Below, in pieces: positions 12,901 through 25,562 of a stretch of DNA of 53,987 nt. This DNA comes from Perkinsus olseni (Eukaryota). The stretch spans positions 1 to 53,987 of the forward strand of contig JABANN010000197.1 in assembly GCA_013115125.1 (NCBI GenBank), read 5' to 3'. Position 1 is the stretch's first letter. Each line of letters starts with the position of its first letter. A program made the translations under genes and the position numbers. A model generated the notes under the pieces. The model saw nothing but the letters and a program-made list of their open reading frames with translations. It ran no database searches and had not been told where the DNA came from.

Positions 12901-15642
12901 GACGGGAAAGGCTCCGAAAACTGAACCTGACGAGGTTCAGAGGATCGCCTCATCGAGATGAAAGCGCTGCAAGGATGAAGTGTTCCACAATCTCTCGTAA
13001 AATTCCGAAACCGAGTAAGTGGTTGAGTTTCTGACAACGATATCAGCAAAGCATCAGGAACACCGTTTCAAAATATTTTTTTCATGATATTAAATTTGGC
13101 GAGTTGTGAAACCGTTGAATAATACATTTGCCGTTTTTCAGGTGAACTTTTTTCACTTACCGACAAGATTGGCCAAGCCCATCACACCTAGCTCCGTCCC
13201 TGCATGAATCTCGTACCTGCAGAACAAAACTTCGGCTTGCAAATACCGGGATTGTGAAGCACCTGAACGACGCTGGAGCTGAACCCCTACCGTTCATATC
13301 AATCACGAAGATCTGCGCACCTCGAATAACGCTTCAATTTCGCCCTTCCGAGCGCGCCTACTACTGTCACCACCAGCGGTGAAGTGCGAGCGTCCTCACC
13401 CGTCGGCAATGGCAAACTTCTTGGCCGCCGCATAGCTGGATATGTAGCACATAAGAGCAACCATGATACCACTAGGGATGACAGCAGGCAGGCCAGAAGT
13501 GAGGGGAGGGAGGGAGAAGGAGGGAAGTCCAGAGGGGACGACACCGATCTGAGGAGACGACGGTGCCCGCCAGAGCTGCACGCATACTAGTGCAGTATTA
13601 TCAGTACATCATCTCTCTCTTCTACTACTAGTTGTTACTGGGAGAATAAATGAGATCCTAGCTGATTGGGTAAATCCACACGCGAAAAAAGAAATTGCGA
13701 AATTCGTATCATTAGGGTGCTCGGTCCAGCTTAGCCATCGCGGACTAGTATGATGTGGGAACCAGAGGCGGTCAATAATGATAAACATCAGAGCATTAAA
13801 CGCAAAGGTCGATCACGACAGTTCGGTCAAAAAAAATTCAAGAGCTGACGTGAATCCAGTCTGAAATTCAAATCACTGTGAAAAACGTGGACGCAGAAGA
13901 GAATCGAAAAAACGTTTTCTCGATTCGAAAGCTCTACAAATTTGTGAACTAGTGAGTTCACTTGAAACGCCACAGACTAGCTGGAATAATTATTCTGACC
14001 GGGTCGACCGCGCAGATTTACATGAGGGATGAAGTCCTCCCAACCTTCGTCGTCGCCGATTGATCGCAGCAGCTCCATTCGATGATGTAAAGACCACGAG
14101 AAGGTCAATAGTGTGGTAATGATAACTGAAGATGAAACGGGAAGATAACCACAGCAAAGAATATCTAACCGTTTCACTACCGGCTAGAAGCTCCTTGAAC
14201 CCAGCTATGATCTCGATGATTCGGTGTCGACCTCGGTAGCGAGCCAGAATTGAGATTATTCCGATCGTGAGAAAGCTCAGGAAAGTGACGGTCGGCGAGG
14301 CCTGAAAGTGCCCTGCCGTGTCTGCAAAAAAATTCCGGAAATTTTTTTTTCGGGGGGGAAATCCTGGTGTGCTGATGGCGAAACTTGGGACTGATTCTGG
14401 AACCGTAATTTACGTAATAAAATCAATACCAGAATCGATTCTGAGCCTCGGAATTTGTTGAATCAACAGGCAGATAGTGAGCCAGGAGCACCGCTGGACA
14501 GCGGCGCAGTTTCACAAAAGTTTATTTTCAGCAAAAATCTAAAATTTATTTTTCGCGTGCCTCCCCGAGAAAATGGCAGCGTAGCACCCAATTTTCATTA
14601 TCAGTTTTTTTCCGGATTTTTCTATCCTTCAAAAGTGTTCTTATCGTTATCTCGATGTAGCAGGAAAGCAATTTCACGGATACGATTAAGTTCGTCAGCG
14701 GCGGGGATCGAACCTGGGTCCTTCCGATGTTGATAAACTTACCATTCCCAAACAAGTTCCCACGAAATACATATTTTCGAAAAAATTAACTCCCTTGGGC
14801 ACTTGGTGAAGGCCGAAAAAATCTTTCATCAGCGATGCCACGATCACGAACGCCGCACCTAAAACTAAGATACGCTCGCCGCCGTCACAGCGGACCCTAC
14901 CCGTGACGAATCCCGAAAGCGCTGGTCTGGAAATGAATCGAACGAGGAAAGACAGTCTCATCATCGCCATCACGCACATGGCGACTCCGGTAACAAGGGC
15001 GAGCTGGCAGCCCACCGCCGTCCCTGCCAAGATGATAGCCTGGCTGCGTGAGGGGAGTATCTTACTTTCTGCGAGGTCGGGAATGTGAGCGACATGCTCG
15101 CCGGTCATCAACGCCATCATTGCACCAGTCCCGACCGACATGTGAGGAGATGTGCCAAACAGGGCGTATCTGACAGCAAAAATTTTGCCAGATTTTTTCC
15201 GTTTTTTATCTCGGGCTTTACATGAGGACTGGCCAGACGCAGGAGTAGGGACCGTTGATAAGGTTCACGTGGGCGATATTGGCATGAGCGATACTTTGCG
15301 AGATCGTTATCAGCCCGAGAATGATGCCGCCCTTCAGATCCACGTCTGCGTCGCTCCGCTTATAACGTTTCAAAACTCCGATCAGGGGAACCCAGACCTC
15401 GAGAAAGTCGCGGAATTGTCGGAAAACTCTCTCTGGGGAGAGGGAAGCGGCGGACGGGCGTTGCTTTGTGCAAGGCGTGCCGTTTAGAAGGGGCGTCGCC
15501 TGAAGGCACCGCAGTGGCCGAGGGTGGTCCGATGTTCTCTTACGAGCGATTCGTAAAGACTTGATTCGACCCTTTTCAAAGGCCTTGCAAATCGCGGAGT
15601 GTCGCTGTATTTAGGAGATGTAGAACCAACTCTTGGCGACAT
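9901..15642 (-). CDS. SLC26/SulP anion transporter with STAS domain, multi-exon
   Basis: Exons encode DLKGGIILGLITISQSIAHA, YALFGTSPHMSVG, FLVRFISRPALSGFVT, ISSYAAAKKFA, the STAS motif VPFIDATAIQ/GLEELAVEFRGRGVTLWFAG, and a last exon ending ...GRSSSIV* at 9901. Confidence 0.85.
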
Positions 15643-16340
15643 CAAGGGATCTTTGAACTCTGACAAACACCAGGTCAACCTCGGTCTTGTGTGAATGAAA
15701 AGTTGATGGAACACTAACTACGACTGTGTCCTTGAGCGGGAGGTGCCCTTCGAAGAATCTAAGGTCGTCCCTGGTACTTGACGGGCTGGAACCTCCACAA
15801 TAACATCGTCGAGCTCTCATTCAGGTAACTGAGCAGCCCGTAGGGGATGTTTGATAAAGCAAGTGTTCAGCACACGATTAATTCTGAAATGATTTAACAC
15901 GTTTCAGAATCGATTCTAGGTTTCAGAAAAAGTTTAATCGACGGGTGAAGTACAAAATCCAAGGGAAAGGCGTGCGAAAACAACAGGAAAAAGGTCTGAA
16001 CTGCGGTTGAAGGCAGGAACGGGAAACCAGAAACCCGACAGGGCAACCCGAGCCCGGAACTGTTACCCAGGGCAATCAGAAACTCCCTTTTGGAATTACC
16101 CTTTCCAATCCGCAGCGAAATCTCGAAAGTGAGTTGCACGCGTGACAATCTTGCGTCACCTTGAAATCCTTGCACGCATGTACAATGCTTCAAGGCGAAG
16201 CTCTTAGCCATCTTCCATTGGGGCGATTGGGGGCGTTCAGCAAATCAACATTAAGACTCAAAAACAGTTCTGGAACTTAGTTTTAGTGTCAATCTCACAG
16301 CCTCATTATTGCTTTACCGACCGGGAAAGTATCTTGCATT

Positions 16341-17521
16341 ATGCAGGATACGCCCTTGGGCGGCAAGAATCTTTGCAGTGCAGTTCACTTCCCTTCTAAC
16401 TTCGTTCTTTTTCAATGCGGCGTCATTCCTCTCCAGGTGGTCCGTTCGCCACTTCAATTGTGCTGCAATTTTCGAAGTTTTCGTCAGGTCCCCAAAGCCT
16501 GCGCATTCCCAGTCAGACAAGCCGCGGGTGCTGCTCCCCGACGACGTCAAGTACCAGTAGCGGTAGAAGGAGGTCGCGTCCCGACACTCTCGAGCACAAG
16601 GACGTCCCTAGAAGGGTAATTGTCAGCGTCATCCGTGTTTTCACAAGTCCTGTGTGTTTCAGTTCAACCTTCGTCTCGCCGAGAGACTGGATCGTGACGG
16701 CAATTGCGAGCATTCGCCGACAGCGCCCGGTCTCACGACGCTGATGGTGAGGAATATTCCGTACTCCTACACACCATTGGAGCTCCTCGACGAGCTTCAG
16801 GCAGCCATCGGTTTCCAGGGCACGTAGGTCAACTATGGCACTAGACGGAGAGAAAGATACTACTTTGTCAAGGTTCGATTTCTTCTACCTACCAGCAAAC
16901 TGCAAACTGTCATGTAACGTCGGCTATGGATTCATCAACTTCCGCAACCCCGATGATTGCGAGCGTTTCAAGAGAGACTTCGCCGAGCGCACGTTTGACA
17001 AGGCTGTCAACGGCAGGAAGGTGGTCGGACAGGTAAGCGCTTCTGAGCGAGCAAGGACGCCCAGGTTATTCTGCCAGGCATCTTACGCCCACGTCCAAGG
17101 TCTCGACGCCAATCTTGAGTATCTTAAGCGCACTCGTGTCGGAAGCATGTCGGCTGCTAAGGGGGACGTAAACAACCTCTACGCTCCCATGGTTTTTGTT
17201 GAAGGTCGAGAAGACCCAATGAGCGTTAATGAGTTTACTAGACTGAAGAATCAAGAGAGCGCGATGTCCTCGACTGCCTCTGCCCCGGCTGTCGTGTCTG
17301 AACACGACGATGCCGCATCTACCGAGGAGGAGCAGCCCACGGAAGAGTTATTGACGCTTCTTCGTGAGCTGGTGGACATTTTCGGCGAGCCTGCGTCTGT
17401 TTCTAAGGAGAGGGATGTTGAGAAATCATTCCCGATTGATTACGCTGACATGAGCTCATCGTCATCGCAGTCTTCAGGCAACCCTTTTGATATCGACGAA
17501 AGCCTGTCGTTCATTGCTTGA
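16341..17521 (+). CDS. Mei2-like RNA-binding protein (C-terminal RRM3 type), multi-exon; start uncertain
   Basis: TTLMVRNIP...FDFFYLP..CNVGYGFINF...ASYAHVQGL...P.VF is the Mei2 RRM3 signature, split by short introns. Confidence 0.82.
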
Positions 17522-19399
17522 CTGCTCGTGTCCCCGTCAGGAGTCTCTAAAAGCGGCCCTGACCGCAGCTACCAGTTCCGTTCCGTAATTATCTGATTAT
17601 ATCGCAACAGTAGTGGCTCATGAGTGCTTCTTCTGGACGCTCGTGGGGGCTCCAGATCGCACCGGGCCGCGTTTCCCGTTTTTGTACGCATCTTCGTTGA
17701 CTCGCAAATGCGAATCGGCGAATTGCAAGTAAAATACTTGCAGATTTCTGTAGCTGAAAAGAAGAAGTGCTTCTTGCACAACACCATTCTTTTTTTAAGG
17801 GTCGATTCTTCTCGCTTTTACGCGACCACATACTGACCTCGCCGGCGGCTACAAAGTGTTATGTACACCGTCCGGCACCATTGAAGGGTAATACTTGTCT
17901 TTGTCACCATTTTCATGGCTACTTCTAGCCCTTCTGCGCTCGCGCTGTAGAACCATTGAACCAATTGTCGAGCGTACAGGTGACAAGCTCAGGGCTTCTC
18001 TCTCTCGAGTGAGAAATTGAGCTGGAGTGAAGTGAATTAGAACGTGGGAAAAATACCCGAACTGTGAAGGCGGAATCGGTCGCATTGGATTATTAACTCG
18101 CACACTGTTACCTGTTAACGCAATCCACTCAACTTGGATGAGCTGTACTTGTTATATCAACTATGCTATGTATCTTCATCGAAGGCGGATTGGCCAATGC
18201 GATATCATGCGGATTGATAATTGATATTGATGGTTGATTCCGATTGATATCATTGTTACTTATATAAGGCCAGGAAAGTGATGTTCAGACACTACAAAGG
18301 GAATACTTTAGGGCATGCCCTGATTTCCATCATACCCGGCCGCTGTTGAATCGCGTGAACCCCATCAAGCTCTCGCCGGCAAGTGTTTCCCTTCGACACT
18401 AACGCGGCAGCGGCAGTCCCTGAGATGGCATGGGAAGTGAGCATGTCGCGAGAATTATTTGCTGTAACACTAGCGCTCGCCTCGACGTATCTTCCGCCGA
18501 AACCGAAACCTCTTTGGTAACCACATGAAAACTACTCTAACTCGACCTTCCTGCACAAGACCAAAAAAACTTCAACTTCCCATCGATGCGCCAAGCCCAA
18601 TGGAAATAGCAGTCATCTCCTCCTCTCGTGACCCTTACACCGGCTGTCCTAGAGTTGGCAGGTATCGGGAATTGGTCAGCCAGCGGCAAGCTCCTTCGCT
18701 TCCACCGCTGAGGTGACCCGTTCATCTCCGGTGCCCATCACGCCAACCCAGGCGTGTTTGACCCGAAGTGTCGCCGCCTTTGCGTATGTCCTGGCCTCCG
18801 CCACCGATGGCTAAGGCCCCTGGTCGCCTACCGCTAGACGACCATACTCCCCTCACCGGAGTGAACGCCCTCTCCAACACTAGGAAGAAAAAAAATAAAT
18901 AAAGACCTTCTCGAACTGTCGCTTAACTGGGTCCTGTGTCAGATTGTCGTTCACCCAGCGGCAGGGGAAGGCCACACCACGGCAGCACCCACGACCCCGT
19001 TTCCCATTCCCGCGCGTGGTGGGTTCACTCGAGTTCGTCTTAGAACTTGCTCTATGGCTAGACCTTCACAAACGATCGCACGGATGGAGGGTGTTAGACT
19101 TGTCAGTAGAGCCGTCCAGGTTCGGCGCACCAATGTTCATCATATGGAGTTGATCGATCTTCACGAGTTAGCTATTCTCGTAGTTGCTCCTTTTCATATA
19201 TTGGCTCTTTCCGGCCGATCGTGTCCATCAATCGCGGACTGGTCCTACTATCGTTAGTGCTCCTACGACTCCCTTAACAGAGGGCCAATACAAAAACCGC
19301 ATGGACGCTGTGGATAGAGGAGGCAGCCGATACGCAACACCGGTCTCGTCAAGAGACCAGGGTTCTATCCCCGGCGCCTCGATTTCTCCTCCACAAAAC

Positions 19400-19880
19400 A
19401 GTGTGTGAGTTTATAGTCCAACGCTCACGGTTCCGGCTCAGACTCTTGCCGATGTGCTCAGTTGGGGACTCTCTGTAGCGTTTGTATACAATGCAATTCG
19501 ATGGATCGTCAAGAAGCTTCCCTCAGGGGCACATTCTAACAGAGAAGCTTCCTTTCTCCTGGCAGGATCCGCTTCCACATCCGGTGTGTGTGTGTCTGTG
19601 TGAGTTCAAAGTCCAACGCCGACAGTACGGCTCATTTAGACTAGCACCCCCACTGTATCTGTATTAGTTCAGCCTGTGAGATAGGTTCAAGAGGAAAACC
19701 GTATGCGAACTCGCCTAGCAAGTAGCTCGGCGAGTTCGCATACCCTATTTCTCTACCAGCACTACCTACTAGCAACCCGGTAGAGCTTCGTGACCGTACT
19801 TCCGTAGTCTAGGAGTCGTGTGTGAGTTTAAAGTCCAACGCCGACAGTACGGCTTGGTTAGACTAGCACCGATGAGCCTC
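19400..19880 (-). mobile_element. Three tandem units of the structured repeat family
   Basis: Cores at ~19403, ~19599 and ~19820; the first two units are nearly collinear with 42140-42410. Confidence 0.65.
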
Positions 19881-20378
19881 TCTCCACACCCGGGCGGCAT
19901 ATCACCGAACCAAAACACCGTACTTCTCTCCGGCATATCTATACACGCCTTGTCGAGGATTTTCACGATAAATATTATTCTTTTCTGCCGATCGATATGT
20001 TTCCAGTTTCCTTATTTTCAACAGCCATCATCATCGCCATCATCGACATCTCATCAACAGCTCCTGTCTTCTGTTATTCCTCCGACTAAATTAATACAAA
20101 ACGCAAAATACATTTTGCCAGAAATAAGGTTTGGTAAAGTCTAGTGCCCACTGGAAGAATGAAGCTTCTGATCCTGAAAGCCACAATTTCGCGGCGCGTG
20201 ACGATTTATCAGCGTCAAAGCCGCGGAAACCCTTTGACAAGTCCCTAAAACTACTGAAATTTCCTGGCGAGTGACGGAATTCTGCTGTACCGAAACTCGC
20301 CCGGCCTGAAAACAAACCAAATTTTATTTTCCAGATCGAACCTTCTCCAAGACTTACTCATCGTAAAGCGTTCACCAA

Positions 20379-22458
20379 TTACCAGTACCGAACACGCGGG
20401 GCACCCTTGCCATCTAAAAATTGACAATAAAAATCGCTTCGCTCCGCCGACACAAGTATGCTTATTACATCCCTTCCCTTTTCCCTTGCCGTAGGGTCTA
20501 GGAGTGTAATAGTATTCGCCCATTGGTTGCCACCCCTTGCCCTTGCCGACAGGGAAGTAGTAGTAATAACCGTCGTAGTAATCCCAGGGCTGTTGATAAC
20601 GACGGAAGCCTTTACCCGCACCCTGAAAGGATAACCGAATTATTCATTTTCTTCAACAGCAGCCGTGGTCATTCCAAAACTTCTTGACCTCAATTAATGG
20701 AAAATTTGCCGACGGAAAAAGACGGAAAAAGACGGAAAAATCCCGCGCAAAGATTCGAACCCGCAAAGTTACGTTGAGCTCAGTTTTTCTGCTACGAAGA
20801 TCTAGTATTTAACAATACGCTAACGGTTATGATATGCGTAAAAACATGCCAATCATCGACAGAAAATTACACAATTACATCCCGAAGATCCACGGTGACA
20901 GTGAATAGTAGAGCAATCCCCAATATCCGCAAACAGCCGCACTTAAGACCAATTTTACGTGATAACAGCCCCTCGTAACTGTCTACTATACGCAAACAAC
21001 AACAACAACCGTACTTTAGTTTTATCAAACGTAATAACAATCGCTCGTACTACGCAGTTTCGCTGAGTTCCATAACAATCGCTCGCATCAGCGATTTAGC
21101 TATCAACGAGAAAAGTTGAATCATCCTTGTTCCGATGAGATCGTTGCTTCAAATTGTGCCAATGAGCAATTCAATCATCAACAATTATCGGTCACATCAG
21201 TACGGAAACCCAAGGTCACATCACTAAATGGTAAAAAATCCCTCGTAACAATTTCCTAGACGCAACCTACAACGGCGCTCTAGTCCTATTGAAGGGTATG
21301 AGATATCCTCGTTAAACACTTCAGTTCTATTAACCGTGACAGCAGTCACTCGTAACAGTTAACTAGAGCTGTTCTACTGAGTTCCATAACAATCCCTCGC
21401 ATCCGTTAACCGTGAAATATCCCAACGAGCTTATCTCGTTAAGTTTCGTGAAAATCCGTAGCAAGAATTCAGTTTCACTAATATCAATACCTAACCATTT
21501 TCATAGGAGCAGAGCCTGAGACCGGCCGGCCGTTTTCTTCCTTCTACTATCGAAGCTCCAGTTTTACCAAAACTAATACTCAAATATTGTCACAGACCAA
21601 GAAACCGAGTCCGCCCGACCGCTTTCTACCTTCCTGCCGCCCTTCCCACGGGGATCGCCTCCGTATCTCGCCGTCTCTCCATAATCATCATCTTCAGAAC
21701 GCCTAACAACACAATCACAATGTAACAAGAAAAATAAACCAACACCGCCACGAAACTAATGATGATGATTCTTCAGCTCAATACCCGTCATTATCGACCT
21801 CGTCCACCTCCGAGTCGGGCAAGGGTTCTTGATACCCGGGCTTGGACGAATCTAGCGGTTTGGTCGACATTGTGATGGTCGCCAAAGAAACCATGCGTGT
21901 GGTGACTTCCTTTTCCTGAAACGAGAATGAATAATATTAACAAACGTGAAGTCTTTTTACTCCGCTCATCCTTCGATCATCACTTCTATCGAGAGTTTCC
22001 TGTAGCTCGACCGCAGACAACTAAAGAATGGGAGAATCTTGACCTGTTTTGTATCTTGCCAGCTTCAAGCTTGGATACCTCAGTCTGCTGATAAAGCCCA
22101 CGGACTCTCCTCTTCAACGTCTCGGCAACATTAACCGCCTTTGGGATAGCTTGCCCAGATGCAACAATCTGATCACAACGAGGTTGATGCATGCCTTTCT
22201 CATGAAAAAAGATACGCCCGCACTGCAAACAATTAAAGATACGCCTGCACTATAAAGAATCCACTAAACCCCCTGACCTTGATTGTGTCCCTCTCCTCTT
22301 CCTTCAATAATCTGATAGCGTATCTTACATACGGTGTAAGTCGACCCACGGCAGTGACCCTGACCTAAGATACGCGAAGATACTCTCTAGCTATCACTCC
22401 GACACAAACAAAAAAGGTTCACCTCGCCAGCCTTCGGTGCTGAAGATTCTACAGCCAT
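20379..22458 (-). CDS. Alba-domain (Rpp25/Alba1-like) nucleic-acid-binding protein with G/R/Y-rich tail
   Basis: Spliced: MAVESSAPKAGE/VRVTAVGRLTPYVRYAIRLL.../IVASGQAIPKAVNVAETLKRRVRGLYQQTE.../RMVSLATITMSTKPLDSSKPGYQEP.../...GKGKGKG/...RVRYW*. Confidence 0.85.
20950..21450. repeat. Degenerate intronic repeat (TAACAATC.CTCG motif)
   Basis: CTGAGTTCCATAACAATC(G/C)CTCGCATC occurs at ~21063 and ~21377, with several partial copies between. Confidence 0.55.
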
Positions 22459-22556
22459 TATTACTGCAATTCCAAAAACTGCTATCAAACAAAAATATCT
22501 TCGGGCGAGCGCTTTTTACGCCCCGAGAACACAAGACACAAGAAGCTACCGGTAGA

Positions 22557-22872
22557 AAATAGTACAGAATATCTTGAAGTCAAGCTGGCAAGATACAAAA
22601 GAGGTCAAGCACGCCTCTTCTTCCTATGATGATGATGCTCCTGCCTTCACGACGTTCACTGCCTCCTGATTCCGATTCTTCTTCCAAACTAATCACCGAC
22701 CGGCAACCAGACGAAGTAAATAGTACACAGTATCTTGAGGTCAAGCTGGCAAGATACAAAACAGGTCAAGCACGCCACTTCTTCCTATGATGATGCTTAT
22801 GCCTTCGACGTTCACTGCCTTCCGACTCCGAATCATCTTCCAAACTAATCACCGACCGACCACCAGACGAAG
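22557..22872. repeat. Tandem duplication (~160 bp) of the TPR gene 3' end
   Basis: 22557-22716 is a diverged copy of 22718-22872 (AAATAGTACA...CCAGACGAAG). Confidence 0.85.
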
Positions 22873-23908
22873 ACCCGACCGACTTCATACCGCTCCTTCG
22901 TAAAGCAATCTCCCTATACCTCCTCGCGTTGCCATGGCCAGGCTTCACCCGGAGGGCCTCATCGAAACACTCCACCGCTCGACCGTAGTTTCCCTTAGAC
23001 GTCAGTGCCGCCCCCTTTGCAACGAGGGCGTCTGGGAGCCGCGGGTTGAGCTCAAGCGCTGAGTCGTAGTAGAGGAGAGCGTCGTCCAGACTACCGCCCG
23101 ATCTGTGCTTGGCCAGCCCTTCTCTTAGTCGTCGAGAAGCCCACTCGTTAGTCTGGCGAGAAGTATCTTTCCGAGTGGTAAAACAGCTAGCCGCAAATCG
23201 ATCAACCGGATCAGAAGAATCTTTAGGTCCAACCTTGCACTTCACACAATAGGAAGATACGTCATACCATTTACTATCAGCCTCCAACCGACCCATCAGC
23301 CCTCGGGACATATCGCCCGGCCAAGCTCGCTCGATCGCTTCAAAGATACCAACACTACCATCCCACTCAGCCCAACCTCGCCAGCCAAGATACCCCTCAA
23401 TTGCCACTATTCCCAAATTCTTCCGCGTGCGCGCACAAGCTTCTCTCGGCAAACACAAATTGGTCTCCGCATGATCTCGCAGTAAACTCTGAGGCACCAA
23501 ATGCAAGATACGCTTTTGACACCAGGGACAACGGGCCGCCATAATTTTGCTATTTTCCTCGGCGTCGAAAGATTCCACCGGATAGCACTTCCCAATACCC
23601 GGTAGTTCAACCGATGGACCCTCGCCCAGCCACGCCTTCACAAATTCAGGAGCTCCCAAAATCTTCTCTGTGCGCAAATGGTCGTATCTTTGCTCATAGA
23701 CGCACTGGCAATAATCGACCTCCATAGAATGGTATCTTGCAGCTGCGCAAACTGCAAGGTTCAACCTCGGATACTCCGTCCCCGCCAGCAGCGCCTCGTT
23801 GGTCTCCCAGATGTCTCGATTTGAAGAAGTTGAGTCCGACTGGTCCGGCACGGTGACGGCTAAGCTACGTAGAAGATCGAGGTCGAGGGAGGGAGGAGGA
23901 ACAGCCAT
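22766..23908 (-). CDS. TPR-repeat protein with basic C-terminal tail (TTC14-like layout), single exon, 380 aa
   Basis: TPR motifs ALLYYDSALELNPRLPDALVAKGAAL...AVECFDEALRVKPGHGNARRY; S/R/H/K-rich end. Confidence 0.8.
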   Translation of the reverse strand: MAVPPPSLDLDLLRSLAVTVPDQSDSTSSNRDIWETNEALLAGTEYPRLNLAVCAAARYHSMEVDYCQCVYEQRYDHLRTEKILGAPEFVKAWLGEGPSVELPGIGKCYPVESFDAEENSKIMAARCPWCQKRILHLVPQSLLRDHAETNLCLPREACARTRKNLGIVAIEGYLGWRGWAEWDGSVGIFEAIERAWPGDMSRGLMGRLEADSKWYDVSSYCVKCKVGPKDSSDPVDRFAASCFTTRKDTSRQTNEWASRRLREGLAKHRSGGSLDDALLYYDSALELNPRLPDALVAKGAALTSKGNYGRAVECFDEALRVKPGHGNARRYREIALRRSGMKSVGSSSGGRSVISLEDDSESEGSERRRHKHHHRKKWRA

Positions 23909-24121
23909 AGCAGAGAAATGTCAGCAACCTGACCTGTTCCGCATCTTCCCATGATCAACCTTAGATACCCCTTTAACTCTATCACTTAGCATAACTGGAA
24001 AAGTAATACTCGGTCAAAAAGGGTATCTTCCGATGCAGAAGAATCTTCCACTCGCGCATCTCACTAAAGCCAACCTCACAGAGCTAGTCTTTGCAAAAAG
24101 CGCTCGCCATACTGATCGATT

Positions 24122-25190
24122 TCAGAACCATATTCCGAATTCAGGCTGACCAAACCCCACTACTCGGCCTTCGAGTAAGGGCACGAGGAAGGGCCAATAA
24201 ATTCTCTCAAGAATGACGCCGAAAACAAGCCAGTCGGGAAACATCGCCAAATTGCAGTTGCCACCGGCGATCGCAAATTTACCTGAAAAAAATTCGAAAA
24301 ATTAAGAAAATGAACGGTAAGCATAGAATTCGCTCTTCTTAAAATTTAAGCCTTAAAGCGTTCTATCACTTCAGAATTGCCAAAAAAACAACGCCCGTGG
24401 GATTCTGCCTAGATTTTCGAAAGTGCAGACTCCGCCCGTTCTTCACAAAGGCCTTGTAACCTATACTTCACTATGCTATGTAACTCCAGCAGAGAACAAT
24501 TGATCCATCGATTCGATCCAGCATTTTGTGGCGCAGTGACGGTTGATCTTCGATTACTGTAGGAGTAGTCCCAGGCGACGTTCTTGCCATATAGTAAAAT
24601 AATAAGATACCCTTGGACGGCTTCAAGGCACCAAATATTTATGGGCATCAAACAAACCGCTAGGACCGACGCCTGAAAAAAGGCACACAACTTGACCTGT
24701 TTTGTATCTTGCACCCTCGACCTCAAGATACCTCCCTATATTACCAAGACAAGGGGATCGTCTCCGAAGTGCGTTTGGAAGAATTCCGATCGGTCCAGCA
24801 AGAAGGTCGTCAGGGCGGGGATCGCGTGGCGGCGATAGACGTCCGTCACTATAGGGTTATACCAAATATTGCACCAGAATTGAGCAAACGACGAATGGAA
24901 ATGACCTGACAGTGACCAAAACTTGACCTATTCCGTATCTTCCGCGCTCAACCCCAAGATACCTTCGTGAAATGTCAGATAAGTGGACTCAATAAATGCA
25001 TACATCACAGCGCCACTGATACTCCTGACAAAAAATGACCGCTGCGCCACGAAATTATTCATACCAAATCTTACAGTATCTTTCCATGGTAGTCCGTAAA
25101 ACTCCACCACACCGCAAAGATTATCGGAATTACCAAGGCAGCCAGCCAAGGCCGGTACGTCGGTAATGTCGGGAAATGACGAAGATACAT
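24122..25190 (-). CDS. TMEM229/CmpB-like small membrane protein, five exons
   Basis: Phase-consistent splice giving ...IWCLEAVQGYLIILLYGKNVAWDYSYS/KFAIAGGNCNLAMFPDWLVFGVILE...; WDYS and W...G..lE motifs. Confidence 0.65.
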
Positions 25191-25221
25191 AGGGGAGAGA
25201 CAAAACACTGAGGGGGTGTTT

Positions 25222-25309
25222 AATTCTGAAACTCAGAAGCGATTCTAGTACCACATTTTGTGCCACGCGAAAAAACCTGATTCTAGAATCGATTCTGAAT
25301 TTCTGAACT
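25222..25309. mobile_element. Representative ~88-bp MITE-like element with 26-bp TIRs; further copies near 1528, 1975, 14388, 15880, 28680, 31195, 36470
   Basis: AATTCTGAAACTCAGAAGCGATTCTA ... TAGAATCGATTCTGAATTTCTGAACT (22/26 inverted match); AGAATCGATTCTGA-like core in the other copies. Confidence 0.65.
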
Positions 25310-25562
25310 GCTCCACTGAATAGAGGTGAGAAACCAATTCTCAACAATTTCGTGGCGCGCGAGATACTCACTAAGATTCTACTACCTCTACAGCAGCCCA
25401 CTCGCACAGCGAAGATTTCACCACCCAAACTCAGGATATGCCTGTTTGCGCACAGCGAAGATTTTTCAACCCAACATAGTTGAATATCAGTTGAATCGAT
25501 ACAGGAATCTTTGCACTCGATAGAAATAATTCTATAACCAGCAAGCTCGACCTCAAGATACT

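Noticed and set aside
18278-18323. Possible C/D box snoRNA (GTGATGT...CTGA)
   Set aside because: Imperfect C box, short length, no convincing terminal stem or rRNA guide verifiable by eye.
17569-19310. Short minus-strand ORFs suggesting a gene
   Set aside because: Could not assemble a phase-consistent model or recognise a domain.
19617-19643. Helitron 3' end (hairpin plus CTAG)
   Set aside because: Similarity between copies continues past CTAG, other copies have CTAC/CTTG/CTCT, and clusters have flanking direct repeats, which Helitrons do not make.
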